From contig NC_086382.1 in the NCBI RefSeq assembly GCF_036588685.1, positions 77,128,001 through 77,192,000 of the forward strand: a stretch of DNA of 64,000 bases, given 5' to 3'. Numbering within the stretch: position 1 is the first letter of the stretch; each line of letters starts with the position of its first letter. The position numbers and the translations under genes are program-made. Of the stretch, positions 1-12,023 are shown piece after piece. Source of the stretch: Mytilus trossulus. Lineage: Eukaryota. A model generated the notes under the pieces. That model had not been told where the DNA came from. It made no database searches and worked only from the letters and a program-made list of their open reading frames with translations.

Positions 1-1464
1 ATTATAAAGATAACTGGCCACTTAATTTGAAAACATAAAATGTAACATTGACACCAGAATAAGAACAATATTACTTTATTACACTTAAAGCATAATTGGC
101 CAGTGCATAATATTAAATCAAATGTAAATTTATGCTGAATTCTAAACAGAGAAGTTGTTGATCTTTCTTGATTTCTAGACTTTACAATATTTACTTGTAA
201 TTCTTATTGTTTAAAGGCATGTAACATTGACACATCTTCTGCGTCCAGGTTACATGCTACAACCTAATAAATGTGCATACAATTATATTCAATCAATAAA
301 ATCTTATTGAAATTTAAATTTGCTTCATTAAAATGATATTAAAGAAATAAATGAGTTTTAATTATTTGTGTTTATTTTTTTCCTGATTGACCAGCAATTT
401 TTCCTCATCATTTGTTGGTGTTCCTGTCAATGTTACATACATAACCCAGAATTATAATGTTTTAAAAGCATTGATTTCCAAACCTCTGTTATGAGCTTTA
501 AAATGAGTTTATCTGAGTTTATAAATGACTAACATCTGAAATATTGTCATCACACAATTTCTTTGATGCTCCTATGATAACTTTATGAGTAACATGGACT
601 ACGATTTTTGTATCAGGTCTTTTTGTGTTACATGAGAAGATTTTACTGTGTTAAAATCAACAGTTTATCTAATTTTTAATATTCAAAGTTATTATTATGA
701 TACTTATTTTAAAAAATAATGTATAAAGTAAACCCAAATTAAACTTTTTTTTCATTAAGAAATTGTGTATGTAACATTGACAGAGTCTATTATTTAGACT
801 TTTACATGTTCAGGCCAGTGTTACATGCGTAAACAAAACTTACTGCCATATGGAGCTATTATCTTATTTTTATTTTACAAAATTAAAGCGTTTTCATGTT
901 TTCCTGTTTAATTTGTCTTTTAACACTAGTTAGTAACATTGACAACAATATTTTGTGTCAAGATTATTTTATGTTACATGCAAAGGTATTACTTCCTTAA
1001 AGTCAGACATTTATATAACATTTTATAACCTAAATGATTAATTAGATATTACTGGGCAGCAATTATATTATTTCTCCAAAGTTGACTATTAAGCACACCA
1101 CTTATATCTTCTGGTCTTCATGTATGTAACATTGACATACAACCTTTTACTTTTCTGTCAATGTTACACGCATGAACAGAACTGATAACATTTACTAACT
1201 TCTTTGCTCTATAAAGAGATTATTGATAATTTAACTTGTTTTACCACCATCAAACTTCATCTTTATTTCTAAATATAAATATTCTTTATAGAAGTGTATT
1301 TTCTTCATTGACAACAAAATTGGTGTCGGTCTTGAAAATTTACATGCTTTTTTTAATAAAAAAAATCTACAGGCAATATAAACCAAAGAAAGAAAAAGAT
1401 GATCAGCAATAAATGTGACGAAGAAAACTCTCAGGAAGATGCTGCAAAAAGATACTGTCCCTGA

Positions 1465-1975
1465 CAACCAGTCAGATGGTGATGTCCCTGGCAGCCAGAC
1501 AGATGGTGATGTCCCTGTCAGCCTGGAAGATGGTGATGTACATATCAGTCAATCAGTTAGTTGGTGATGTTCCTGTCAGTCAGTCAGTCTGTGATGTTCT
1601 TGTAAGCCAGTCAGAGGGTAATATCCCTGTCAGCCAACAGATGGTGATGTCCTAGTCAACCTGGCAGATGGTGATGTTCATATTAGTCAGTCAGTTGGTG
1701 ATGTTCCTGCCAGTCAGTCATATGGTGATGTTCCTGTCAGCCAATCAGATGGTGATGTCCCTGTCAGCCAGTCAGATGGTGATGTCCCTGTCAGCCAGTC
1801 AGATGGTGATATCCCTTTCAGACTGTCAGATGGTGATAACCCTATCAGCCTGGCAGATTATGATGTCTGTGTAAGCCAGTCTGATAAGGTCCCTATTAGT
1901 GAGTCAGGTGGTGACGGTCCTTTCAGCCAGTCAGATAGTAGTGTTTTTCTGTGTCAGAAAACCAGATGATGGTGA
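1465..1975 (+). repeat. Degenerate 27-bp tandem repeat, (DGDVPVSQS)n-like decayed coding repeat
   Basis: Unit CAGATGGTGATGTCCCTGTCAGCCAGT, ~18 diverged copies. One frame is open from ~1647 to ~1968 and reads DGDVPVSQS repeats; frameshifts at ~1557 and ~1637. Confidence 0.75.
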
Positions 1976-2239
1976 CTGTGCATGCAGACATACTAGTGAT
2001 CTCCAATTTAACTATTCTACAGCAGTGTGGAAGATAGTTATTTCAAAATCTTGTTTATTTATCCCTTTTCAATCACCAGTCAACACATGTATCATGTGTA
2101 TTTACTGATGCTCATTATAGAAATCATGAGGAATTCAATTTGTAACATTTTTTTTAAATTGTTATGCCAATAATTGACATTCCAGAAGACCTTTTGCATT
2201 ATAAGAGGTTCAGGCTCCTTCTGATTTCAAAATAATAAT

Positions 2240-2360
2240 AATAAACTCATCATGGATACCAGAATTGAAATTTTGTAGGCCAGAAACGCTTTTCGTTTAC
2301 AAAAGACTCTTCAGTGACGCCAATGAAACAAAAAAGTAAAAGAAGGCCAAATAAAGTTGA
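2240..2360 (-). repeat. Retrozyme fragment with degenerate type I hammerhead (2278-2320)
   Basis: Reverse complement reads GCGTCA-CTGAAGA-GTC-ttttgta-AAC-GAAA-agcgtt-TC-TGGC. Flanks match the retrozyme at 32206-32658; stems II and III are mismatched. Confidence 0.7.
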
Positions 2361-3939
2361 AAACAGGACTATGGTCTAGTGGGTGTTGGTTTTCTCTTCT
2401 GAATTGTTTTACACTGGTCATTATGGGGCCCTTTAAATTGTGGCTTCCTGTAGTTTAGGTAACAAGTTTTCAAGATGAAATGGCATTGAAAAATAGAAAC
2501 AAGATATTTGAGAGTTTCTATATTATTGTAAATTTTATAATCTATGCATGGATTTTGGTTCTGTTTGAGGGTAGATTAATTGTTGTTTTGTTTTTTTCTT
2601 TTTTCAGATAGAAAGTTGAAGATGTTGGAGACAGAAAACAAGAAACAAGAAACTTGTTTTGAATGTTTGAAATAAAATTATTGTTTAAACCTTAAAAAGT
2701 TATCATAAATGTAAGATTAACCAGCAGAAATAAAACGAGATATGGGGTAATATGTCTATCAGACAACAACCTCAAAGATGAAACCCAAATTGTTCTTTAT
2801 AGAAGTTATGTAAACGATTGAAAATAAGATTCTCAATAAATGCAGCTGTATCAACCTCTTGTAGATTTGTCCATGTTTTGTCTTGGTTTTTCATACTATT
2901 AGTTTTAAGTGTAACTGTGTCACATGAATGAGGGATACATGTAATCATTTTGTACCCTTACTTTGTCAGTATTAGTTATTGAGTGAGAAACTTGTGGATG
3001 CTGATGGTTGTGTGGTTGTCTTCTTATCAATCTCATCCCTGTGCATAAAAAAACCGGTTGCTTACTTACTGATATAAAAATGTTTCATGTTGTGGAAATT
3101 TTGGATGACTCCTTCATCAATTGATCTATCTTTGGTCTTAATTTTATTTTTCTGGTTATTTTGACATTTGAATATCTTTTAATTTAGCCTTCCATAGTGT
3201 ACCACCATGAACAAGCATAACTTCTGGTATAGTTAAAAAATATGTCTGCTGTCTGAAATTTAGGTGAATGGTTTTGGTATTAACCACAATTTAAAGAATA
3301 TCATATATGAGAAATGTGGCAGTATTATTGTTTAATTTACATTCAGATGGTTGTTTGGAGGCTTTTTATATCTTTTAAGGTCAATTCTGGCATGGTTCAT
3401 TATTCATATTTTTTGTGTCCACGTTACATGCAACATTTAAGTCACTATTTTATGACAGAAATGAGATAATTGCAAAAATATTAATACAATTTTTTAATGT
3501 GAGGGTAACACAATGAAAAAGAGCCTTTACATGTTCAGAAAGAAAATGATTCTTAGTGTATTTTTTCTCTTAAACATTGCATGTAACATTGACAGAAAAG
3601 TAGAAGAAACTTGTTTTCACAAAATTTCTGAAAGAAATGAAAATATACATTTTAGAGTTTTGATGATAGACAATGTTTTGTGATCAATATATATGATATT
3701 GAATGTTGAATAAGTTAAGGAATCATTAATCTCAATTTGGAAAAAGTGTCCATGTTACATGCTCCAAATTCATTATTTGCTTTGGTTCCAAACTGACGCA
3801 AGTTTAAAAATGATTTTTTTGGTTACAAATAGAAGGACACCATTTGTAGCAATAATTTGTAAAAAATTTAGAAGCTTATAATGATTTTTATTTTTTTCTT
3901 ACAATGTCACACTAAAGGAGCATTAGCGAATTCCTGCCC

Positions 3940-4915
3940 ATATGTTTATATCATGGACACCACCGTCTGTGAAACAATGGCGGGTAATCATTAACTATTG
4001 GAATCGGTTACGATATATGGATGAAAATAGAATAAATAAGAAAACAGACAATTGGGCAGAGCAGAATTTCAGGCGTCATCGAGTGTGCAAAAACTCAAAC
4101 TTTAGAATTTTTAGTCTATTCGAATCATGTGGTATAGCGAACTGGTTTAATGACACTGATATTGATAAGCAGCAAGTTAACAATGCTATACACGTAAAAC
4201 TTATGTCTGACTTTAAACAGAAATGGAATGAAGATCTGCATAAAGACACTACTAGACGAAATGGACCAGGAGGTAACAAACTACGTACATATAGAAAATT
4301 TAAACAGGATGTATACAGAACTTTACCTAGATAAGCTGATTATACCTTCACACAGAAGAGCCTACTCTCAGTTTCGCTGTGGTGTTGCCCATATACGTGT
4401 GGAGACAGGACGCTATGAGAGTCTTCCAGTAGATCAAAGAACTTGTTTTGTTTGTGACAATAAAATTGAAAATGAGGAGCATGTATTGACTGAATGTCCG
4501 TTATACGACGATCTAAGAGACGAACTGTATACATGGTATAAGATTTAAAACTTTGAATACGAAAATTTTTGTCTATTGCCGAATTTTTTGAAACTTTCAT
4601 TTATTTTAGCGAGTGATAATACTAATGTGATACAAAAAAGTGCCAAAACCTGCAAGCTTATTTTAGACCGTAGAAGACGTTTTATATACCGATAATTGAT
4701 GTAAATATGTTTTATCATTTAACTTTTTTTTTATAATTGCTTTTTGAAAATTTGTAAATACTAGTTCCTTTTAATCCGTCTCTCATAATTCTTTTAGAAT
4801 GGCATTAATACATTTAATAATTTTAAAAAGGTTTACTTTTATAATGTGAAATGTTTATACTGTATTATTGATGGTGAGAGGTTAATAAAATATTATTGTA
4901 TTATTGTATTGTATC
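3940..4915 (+). mobile_element. 5'-truncated, frameshifted non-LTR retrotransposon (CR1/L2-group) 3' end
   Basis: ORF pieces read NKLRTYRKFK...SQFRCGVAHIRVETGRY...RTCFVCDNKIENEEHVLTECPLYDDLR (C-terminal CCHC finger of LINE ORF2). AATAAA at ~4884 is followed by a (TATTG)n tail. Confidence 0.85.
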
Positions 4916-4918
4916 ATA

Positions 4919-5150
4919 GATGTGGGAGTGCATTATACATGTATTTGTCAGGAGTGGGAGTGCATTATACATGTATATGTCAGGAGTGGGAGTGCATTAT
5001 ACATGTATATGTCAGGAGTGGGAGTGCATTATACATGTATATGTCAGGAGTGGGAGTGCATTATACATGTATATGTCAGGAGTGGGAGTGCATTATACAT
5101 GTATATGTCAGGAGTGGGAGTGCATTATACATGTATATGTCAGGAGTGGG
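4919..5150. repeat. 32-bp minisatellite, ~7 copies
   Basis: Unit GTGGGAGTGCATTATACATGTATATGTCAGGA; it explains the three overlapping repetitive ORFs at 4846-5285. Confidence 0.95.
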
Positions 5151-5480
5151 ACGCTTTTTTTAAGGCATTTCCTGTCAATTCATAATTTCACAAGTTTCTT
5201 TGTGTTAAAAATGTTAAAACCAAGTTATAATCCTATCATTTACCTCTTGAATGTGTTATTTATCATGATTGTTTTTGCACAATAAGTTTTAACTAGCCTT
5301 TTTTTCTATTTTTGGTGCACAGTAATGCAAATTTATCAAAGGAAATAAGTGTGTACAACTATAATATCATATTGGAAAGTTAGGAAATGAATTTTGTACA
5401 AAATAGAATAATCATTTTGATATAAAATGGTACATTGAGTATTTAAAGAAGTTTCATAATCCTTGTTTTATTTGTCCTAC

Positions 5481-5994
5481 CTTTAAGCAGTTTCTTGTGA
5501 TGTCTTTCTGTACCAAGTTTAAGAACAGTACCACCAAACAAATTAAACTGAACTGTCATCTTAGTTGCCATAGCTGCGTCAATGATGGCTGCTAACTCAT
5601 GGGCAGCAAATATTCGTAATGGATTGTCATTGAAATCAAGGACTGATAAAAAACCTGCATCACATATACGTTTAAGTCTCTGTAAAGCTACTTCTCTTTC
5701 CTCAGCTAAGGAAATGTTGTACTTTGGTATCATAATGGGATCACTAACAAACTGGCGGAATTGTTTACGCATTTCATGGTTATCGTGATCAAGTAGTTCC
5801 GTCATTTTGTCGAGATTGAAAGCAGGTGCTGGCCATGACTTACGAAGCTCATTTGGCTGTACAGCAATCATTCTTTTCTGTACATTACACGATTGAGGAA
5901 TGCTTATTTTGTTCTGGAAAACAGAAGGCTGACCTCTGGTTGATAACTGTCGCATGGCTGAGGCAAGACTTCGTAATTGCCTAGATCTCAACAT
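5481..5994 (-). CDS. Acyl-CoA oxidase family protein (ACOX3/ACOXL-like), first coding exon; gene continues left of the window
   Basis: MLRSRQLRSLASAMRQ...LLDHDNHEMRKQFRQF...EREVALQRLKRIC...HELAAIIDAAMATKMTVQFNLFGGTVLKLGTERHH matches the acyl-CoA oxidase N-terminal fold. Acceptor tatttcag ends at 6011, ATG is at 5994 (ACCATG), donor AAAG|GTAGGA is at 5481/5480. Confidence 0.85.
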
Positions 5995-6396
5995 GGTGAT
6001 GATTTTCTCTCTGAAATACAAATAATTAACTCTCTAGAATCTTGATGTAGATGTAACATGTATTGTGTATAAAATTCCTGTTTTATTTCTATAAAATGAA
6101 CAAAGGGAAGTAACCCAATGTTTTCACAGAACTTAGATATCTTTTATACTTTTTTAAAAAATTATCTACATTGTAGGTTTTGGATTTGATATTTAAATTT
6201 GATACCTTGTACTTTAATTAGATTACCATTACATGCATTATTGTGCATTGTTTACTTATTAATTTGTTATCACTATTCATTTAAATTGTTATCTTATTAA
6301 ATTATGAAAACCTTTCTAGCTATTCCTACATGTCCTATGAGAACATTAAGTCTAGTGATAGACTGACTACTGTCGATGCTGTCCCTTGGTTCCAGT

Positions 6397-6994
6397 TGTT
6401 ATGATATTGTAATTATTATGTTTATTTATGTTGGCCTAATTTGTGTTGTATGGCCTGATAGTTGTTTACCAAATAATCTTATAACTGTGCAGTTTAGGAA
6501 TCACTGGAACAATCACAGAATGATTGGAACTTTCTAGAATGATCCTTATAAAAGATGTGTAATTTAAACTTCTACGTTATTCCAGAAACTTCCGTTGTAA
6601 CTTTCCAGGATTTTCCACAATGTTCCATTAAAGAGTGTTCTAGAATTTTCCATGACAACACTATATATACAGACACTAAAGTTAAACTCTCATAATTAAA
6701 CTTGGACATAGACTTTGATAGAAATTAGTATTCACAGCATTTGGATTGACACTTTTATTCTACAAACAACATCATACTGGATTGTGACCTTAGTAGTGAA
6801 CATAATATTCAGATTGGATTCCGAAAGATTTCCGGATACAGATAAAAGAGTGGACTCATATTTTGACAGTTAAGTTAACAGTTATATTTGTAAAATACTT
6901 CTTGTAAACTTTTGTATAATAAATATTGTTAAATTTTACTATTGATTTGTGTCTTTTGTTGGCTACAATTTAAAGGCGATTTCTGGCCGTAACA
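6397..6994 (+). mobile_element. Solo LTR (Gypsy-type), 598 bp
   Basis: TGTTATG...CGTAACA termini, 4-bp TSD CAGT (6393-6396 and 6995-6998), TATATATA at ~6662, AATAAA at ~6918. Confidence 0.85.
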
Positions 6995-7852
6995 CAGTAC
7001 ATAAGAGTTAGCTTTCCCTTATCTTACAGTGTTCTGGACCTTAATCACCATGTATCACCATACAGCGGATATAGGTACTAACCAAGTGAGCATGATCGAT
7101 TTTGAACTGACACAGTAACGAAAATCTTTGTTTTGTTTTATCAACATTCGGTGAACATTTCTCAACATCTAAAATTCCTGTTCCAAAATAATTTTCGCAT
7201 TGATTTTTTCCTATTCACATGATTTATAAGACAACTTTTATATTCTAATCAGAACAATTAACTTGTAAATGCGCAAATAGTTGTGAATGTCAACACTAAC
7301 TTTCAATTTCAATACAATGGTCGAGACATTTACATGTTGTACCTGAAAGAAAGCTAATAATTTTATTTACTTGTATAGGTAAAAAAAAATTGGCTCAGTT
7401 ATTTCCCTTAGGCATTCAGATTTTTTTTACTTGTATTTATAAGTAAAAAAAATCATCCTTTCTTCTTTTCTTAAATTCTTAAGATTTCTTTGCTCTAAAA
7501 GAATTTTAAACTGTGTACCCTTTACAGATGTCTTAACTTATCATTTAAGTGTAATTTCATGAACAATGAAAATCCCATTTGTCTGTTATCTTCATAACAC
7601 TGCTAATTTACAAGCCCCGATGAAGCAATTTTTGAAGGCCCTGTGCAAATATACAAGATCTTTGCTCAATCAGTTTCTTTGATGAATTAATGCATATGAG
7701 ATTAAACATTGAACATTAAAGAACAAATTTGAGCAAACCTGGGAAAAATCATTAAAGGCATGATTTTACATCTCAAACTTGAGGATTTTTGTGAGATTGT
7801 AAGAAAAATTTATTTATACAAGTAATTTTTTTAGAAAATGAAGGGGAGATTA

Positions 7853-7960
7853 TTCAAAAATTATTTATATTATATAAATAATTTTTGAAAAAAAAATATA
7901 CACATATTTACTAAATATATAATAATTATATATTTAGTAAATATGTGTATATTTTTTTTT
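7853..7960. repeat. Two abutting perfect AT-rich palindromes (37 bp and 73 bp, 1-nt loops)
   Basis: 7853-7889 has 18-bp arms; 7888-7960 has 36-bp arms (AAAAAAAAATATACACATATTTACTAAATATATAAT-a-reverse complement). Confidence 0.95.
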
Positions 7961-9051
7961 ACTTCTTCAAGTAAATAAAATACACTTGTACAAGTAGTAC
8001 CCTTGACTGTCTGTAGCAGGAAGTGTCCCTAGCCTGAATCAATATTTACTTGCCTGGAGCATTAGACTAGTGGCTAACGGTGCAGAATGCTGTGATTACA
8101 CATTCCTTGAAAATTTTAAGGGTAATAAACGAGTATGAAAATTTTGTTTAAGTGTATTGTGTACAGCAACTTAACTTTGCACTGTACTGAAGGATTAATG
8201 TGGCCAGCTAAACACTGTACACAAGGGTTTTTTTTCAGAATAAAATATTAAAAAAAACATATGCATGAAAGATTTCAACGCTAATTATTGATACAACTAT
8301 ACTAAAGTTATTACACACTCACAGTGGCCTTCTATCAGAAAAAGAGTTTTAATGAATATAGAATTATATCAGATGAGATGAATGCCAACTTCTTTGACAA
8401 GTATAATGCACATGTTTTTAGTAATTATTCTTGTTTTGGGAAAATAATGAGACATGTCTAATCATCAACCTACGACCACATCATTTTTTAAAACAACAAT
8501 TATGTTAAGATTGGGGTTTGCAGTTTCAGCAGTCTTAGGGTTTTACAAATAATAAGGACTATATCTGTCCAATACCCCGTTCCAGGATACTGTTTGTTAA
8601 ATCTGTCGTGTGACTGTATCACCACTTGACCAAATGTAGGCATTGTCACTTCCAACACAGGCGTCTCAGAAGAAGAAAAAAATAGCCTTGCCAGAGGTCA
8701 TAACTATTTGGACTAATTTTTGGTGACCAATAGTTTGCATATAACAGTTAATTTCAAAAAATTATCTAATCTATCTCAAACAGTGAAACATGGCAATCCA
8801 ACAACTGTCCAGAGACGCTACACCTGTCTCTGCCTAAAGTTGCAATTAGCCGCACAAAAATTGCAAGCATTGACTTAAAAATAATGCAAATTTCTATAAA
8901 AACAAATTGTTTTCCAACTTGGTCGTGTTACATAAAAATAAACATTTGTTTTTATCAAGTTTAAAACTAGACAAAATTATTCAGTAAATGTCTAAAGATC
9001 AGAAAAATCTTAATTAAACTTTCAAAATTTGTCTGATATATATATTCTTAC

Positions 9052-9150
9052 CCTTTTTACTATTATAACTAGTTAGTAAATTAGTAGAGACAGCTCAGTT
9101 TTAGTTGGATGAACTTTGATCCCAAAACAGCAGAGGTGTCGCTAAAAACA
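9052..9150 (-). other. Possible non-coding first exon of the ACOX gene
   Basis: Strong donor AAGG|GTAAGA at 9052/9051, next to a CpG-richer stretch. The ATG exon starts with an acceptor, so an upstream exon must exist. The 5' boundary is a guess. Confidence 0.3.
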
Positions 9151-9375
9151 GTTTGCCGATACGTCTTATTACCACAACCGAAAATTGGGTCCGTATGTAA
9201 ACCAACATATTATCATGTAAAAAGTGACCCACAGTGGACAATATTTCATGATGATTTTTTTTTGTCGACGCATATATAAAAATAATGTCCAAGGAGGACA
9301 AGGGGGATAAAGTTTCACATTTTTTCTATATAGAGCATATGAAAAATTAATAGTTTACAGATTAAAAGCAAAGAC

Positions 9376-9716
9376 AACTAATAATATTAACGGTACCAAT
9401 TTTCTTGCACCAGATGCGCATTTCGACAAAACATGTCTCTTCAGTGATGCTCGCTGCCAAAACATTTGAAATCCAAAGCTTATATAAAAGATGAAGAGCT
9501 ATAATCCAAAAGGTCCAAAAAGTATAGCCAAATCCGTGAAAGGAATCAGAGCTTTGCACGAGGGAGATACATTCCTTAATTTATAATAATTTCTATCATT
9601 TTGTAACAGCAAATTTTAATTACACAAAAAAATCCGTATTTTCATGCCAGTACTTCGTACCGAAGTACTGGCTACTGGGCTGGTGATACCCTCGTGGACT
9701 AATAGTCCACCAGCAG
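9376..9716 (-). mobile_element. Retrozyme-like repeat, second family
   Basis: Contains an intact hammerhead (9407-9450) and a GCTGGTGG...GAGGGTATCACCAGCCCAGTAG domain shared with the retrozyme at ~32310-32355. Confidence 0.7.
9407..9450 (-). ncRNA. Type I hammerhead ribozyme
   Basis: GCATCA-CUGAAGA-GAC(atgtttt)GTC-GAAA-TGCGCA-TC^TGGTGC. Core, stem I and stem II are intact; stem III is minimal and palindromic; AUC cleavage triplet. Confidence 0.85.
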
Positions 9717-9953
9717 TATATTATATTCAAATATAAATAGTTGTAGATACAAGATTCAATATTTTATTAAAGCCTCACCACATACAATTACATTTACACA
9801 ATAAAATATTTATACAGGTACATAAAACATATACATGTATAACAACAAACTTTAAATTCACATTGTATGTGCCAATCTTGAAAGATTTACGAGAGACTGT
9901 ACACTCAATCTTATTGAAAAAAACAATTAGAAATTGTACACATGTATATATAT

Positions 9954-12000
9954 GTTGTGTACAAGTTATCATTTTGTACAAATTATAATTTGTACAAAAA
10001 TATTGTACAAATTATAATTTGTATTTTGACTTTGTACGAATTGTAATTTGTACAAAAAGTGCTTGTACAAATTACAATTTGTACACAATAGGACAAAAAT
10101 TCACTTATAACTCGTACAATATTTTTTCCATATGGATTTTGGCGAAAAAAGCATTGATACACATTATTGAATTGCTACTAAATGACCAGACAGAACACCT
10201 AAGTTACAAAATTAAAAAGTAGTTCTTTATCATTCGTTTGAGCAGGTGATTTAGTGATTTATAAAATCAGGTATTGCAAACCATCTTTTGGCTCTCAAAT
10301 CGATAACGACCTGTTTTACAGGCATTTTAACTGTTTCATATAGCGAGCGTTGAAGCTTATGAACTGTTGCTGTGAATAAACATGTGTATTTAACTGCTTT
10401 AAAAAAAATTATGCAGACCAGACAGACAGACTTTTATTTTATAAGAAAACTAGTTGGTGTAGTATTATAAAATTATCAGACCCAATGGCATTGAACCATC
10501 AATCATTTCACAAACAAAAGTGAAGCGGAATAAGTCATGTTAATAAAATCTTGAGATCCTGTAAAGTTTTCAGGATCATCGAAACGCTGTACATTATCTT
10601 TCACTACACAAAATATGAAATTTTACAAATATAATCGGTTGCATAGTTTCTGAATAAAAAAAAATCCTCAAAAATAACCATAAGAACTTATCAAGCAGTA
10701 CTATTAAATGATATTTTTTTTTAAAGAAAAAGACGTTTATGTATTAAAAATTTGAAAAAAATCCTATTTGTTTACTTTTTTTTCCTCAAAAATTTCAAAG
10801 ATCAACCAGCCTTTTGTAGTTGTGTATAAACGGAGTACTATGTTAATAAGGTTTAGTGTGTGGTCAGTTAATTACAATTCTATCGTGTGAATCATTGCAT
10901 TTTTCATCAAAATTCGTATTTAAAACTGTTGTACAAGTTATAAGTGAATTTAAGACAAATTTTGTACAAATTATAATTTGTACCGGCACGTTTTGTACAC
11001 ATTATAATTTGTACAAAGTCAAAATACAAATTATAATTTGTACAATATTTTTGCGGTCCAACGATTTACAGAAAAGAGCGACGATTTACAGAAAAGAACC
11101 GAAAAGAACCGGAAAGGACCAAAAAGAACCGAAAAGGACCGAAAAGAACCGAAAAGAGGATACATATATATTTATTAAATAAAGTTAAAACAATGTATAT
11201 ACACACGGATTTTTTTATATTGTTAACAATTCTTGGTAATAATAAAATTGAATGCATAATTCAAAATTTAGATTGTGCATTTAATAGAATATGTGAATTT
11301 ACAAAAAAAAAAAACACAATATAACATGTTTTTTTAGTAAATATTTTTTTAATACAAGTCATGTATGCTTAATTATCATTTATTTTTCATCAAGGATTTT
11401 AATCTTATCATTTAAATATTTGTTTTTATGAATATCAGAAGGTGTCAGCACTAACTACTTATGCTTCTTGTTTTTCTATTTATAGGTAAAATACACTAAT
11501 AAACCTGGAGCACATTAGTCAATGTCAACACTAGTATTAATTGAATTATAGTATATTGCTATTATTTTGTTCCGTGTTTCCTGGAGTATTTTTTTATAAC
11601 TCATATTACATATCAATTGTCTGTGTATTGCATATGTTATTGTTTGTATGCTATATGCCCTCCTAGGGGCCCTTATTTGGTGAATAAAAAAAATCTTTTC
11701 AATTTTTCTTTTCTATACGATAGGCATCCGAACCTACCTGTAGTTTCCACATAAATGTGAGTTAAAATTAGTCCTGTCACAGTATAAGGTTTTCAATGAT
11801 TAAATGCAATTTGCTTATTTCCTTCTATTACAAAAAAAATCGATATTCTTTTCGGTTCTTTTCGGTCCTTTTCGGTTCTTTTTGGTCCTTTTCGGTCCTT
11901 TTCGGTTCTTTTCCGTAAATCGTCGCTCTTTTCTGTAAATCGTCGAACCCATATTTTTGTACAAATTATAATTTGTACAAAATGATAACTTGTACACAAC
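9954..12000. mobile_element. Non-autonomous TIR (foldback/MITE-like) DNA transposon inserted in (TA)n
   Basis: GTTGTGTACAAGTTATCATTTTGTAC... at 9954 with its reverse complement ending at 12000. The ~165-bp TIRs are built from the palindrome TGTACAAATTATAATTTGTACA. The right TIR is split by a nested element. Confidence 0.85.
11054..11950. mobile_element. Mutator-like (9-bp TSD) MITE nested in the right TIR of the 9954-12000 element
   Basis: ~100-bp TIRs (CGGTCCAACGATTTACAGAAAAG... / ...CTTTTCTGTAAATCGTCGAACCC) with 10-bp GAAAAGAACC subrepeats; perfect 9-bp TSD ATATTTTTG at 11045-11053 and 11951-11959. Confidence 0.85.
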
Positions 12001-12023
12001 ATATATATATATATGTATAATAA

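Larger units (their letters stand above)
1..3914. mobile_element. Probable large non-autonomous DNA transposon, right portion (left end off-window), inside the ACOX intron
   Basis: The motif (CA)TGTAACATTGACA / TGTCAATGTTACA recurs in both orientations at ~41, 219, 425, 770, 932, 1125, 1156 and 3580, with GTTACATG at ~249, 820, 973, 3423 and 3753. This resembles subterminal transposase-binding sites. Candidate terminus ...GTCACACTA at 3914 (TAG- end). The left TIR and TSD are not visible. Confidence 0.3.

Noticed and set aside
4846-5285. Three overlapping repetitive ORFs
   Set aside because: Produced by the 32-bp minisatellite.
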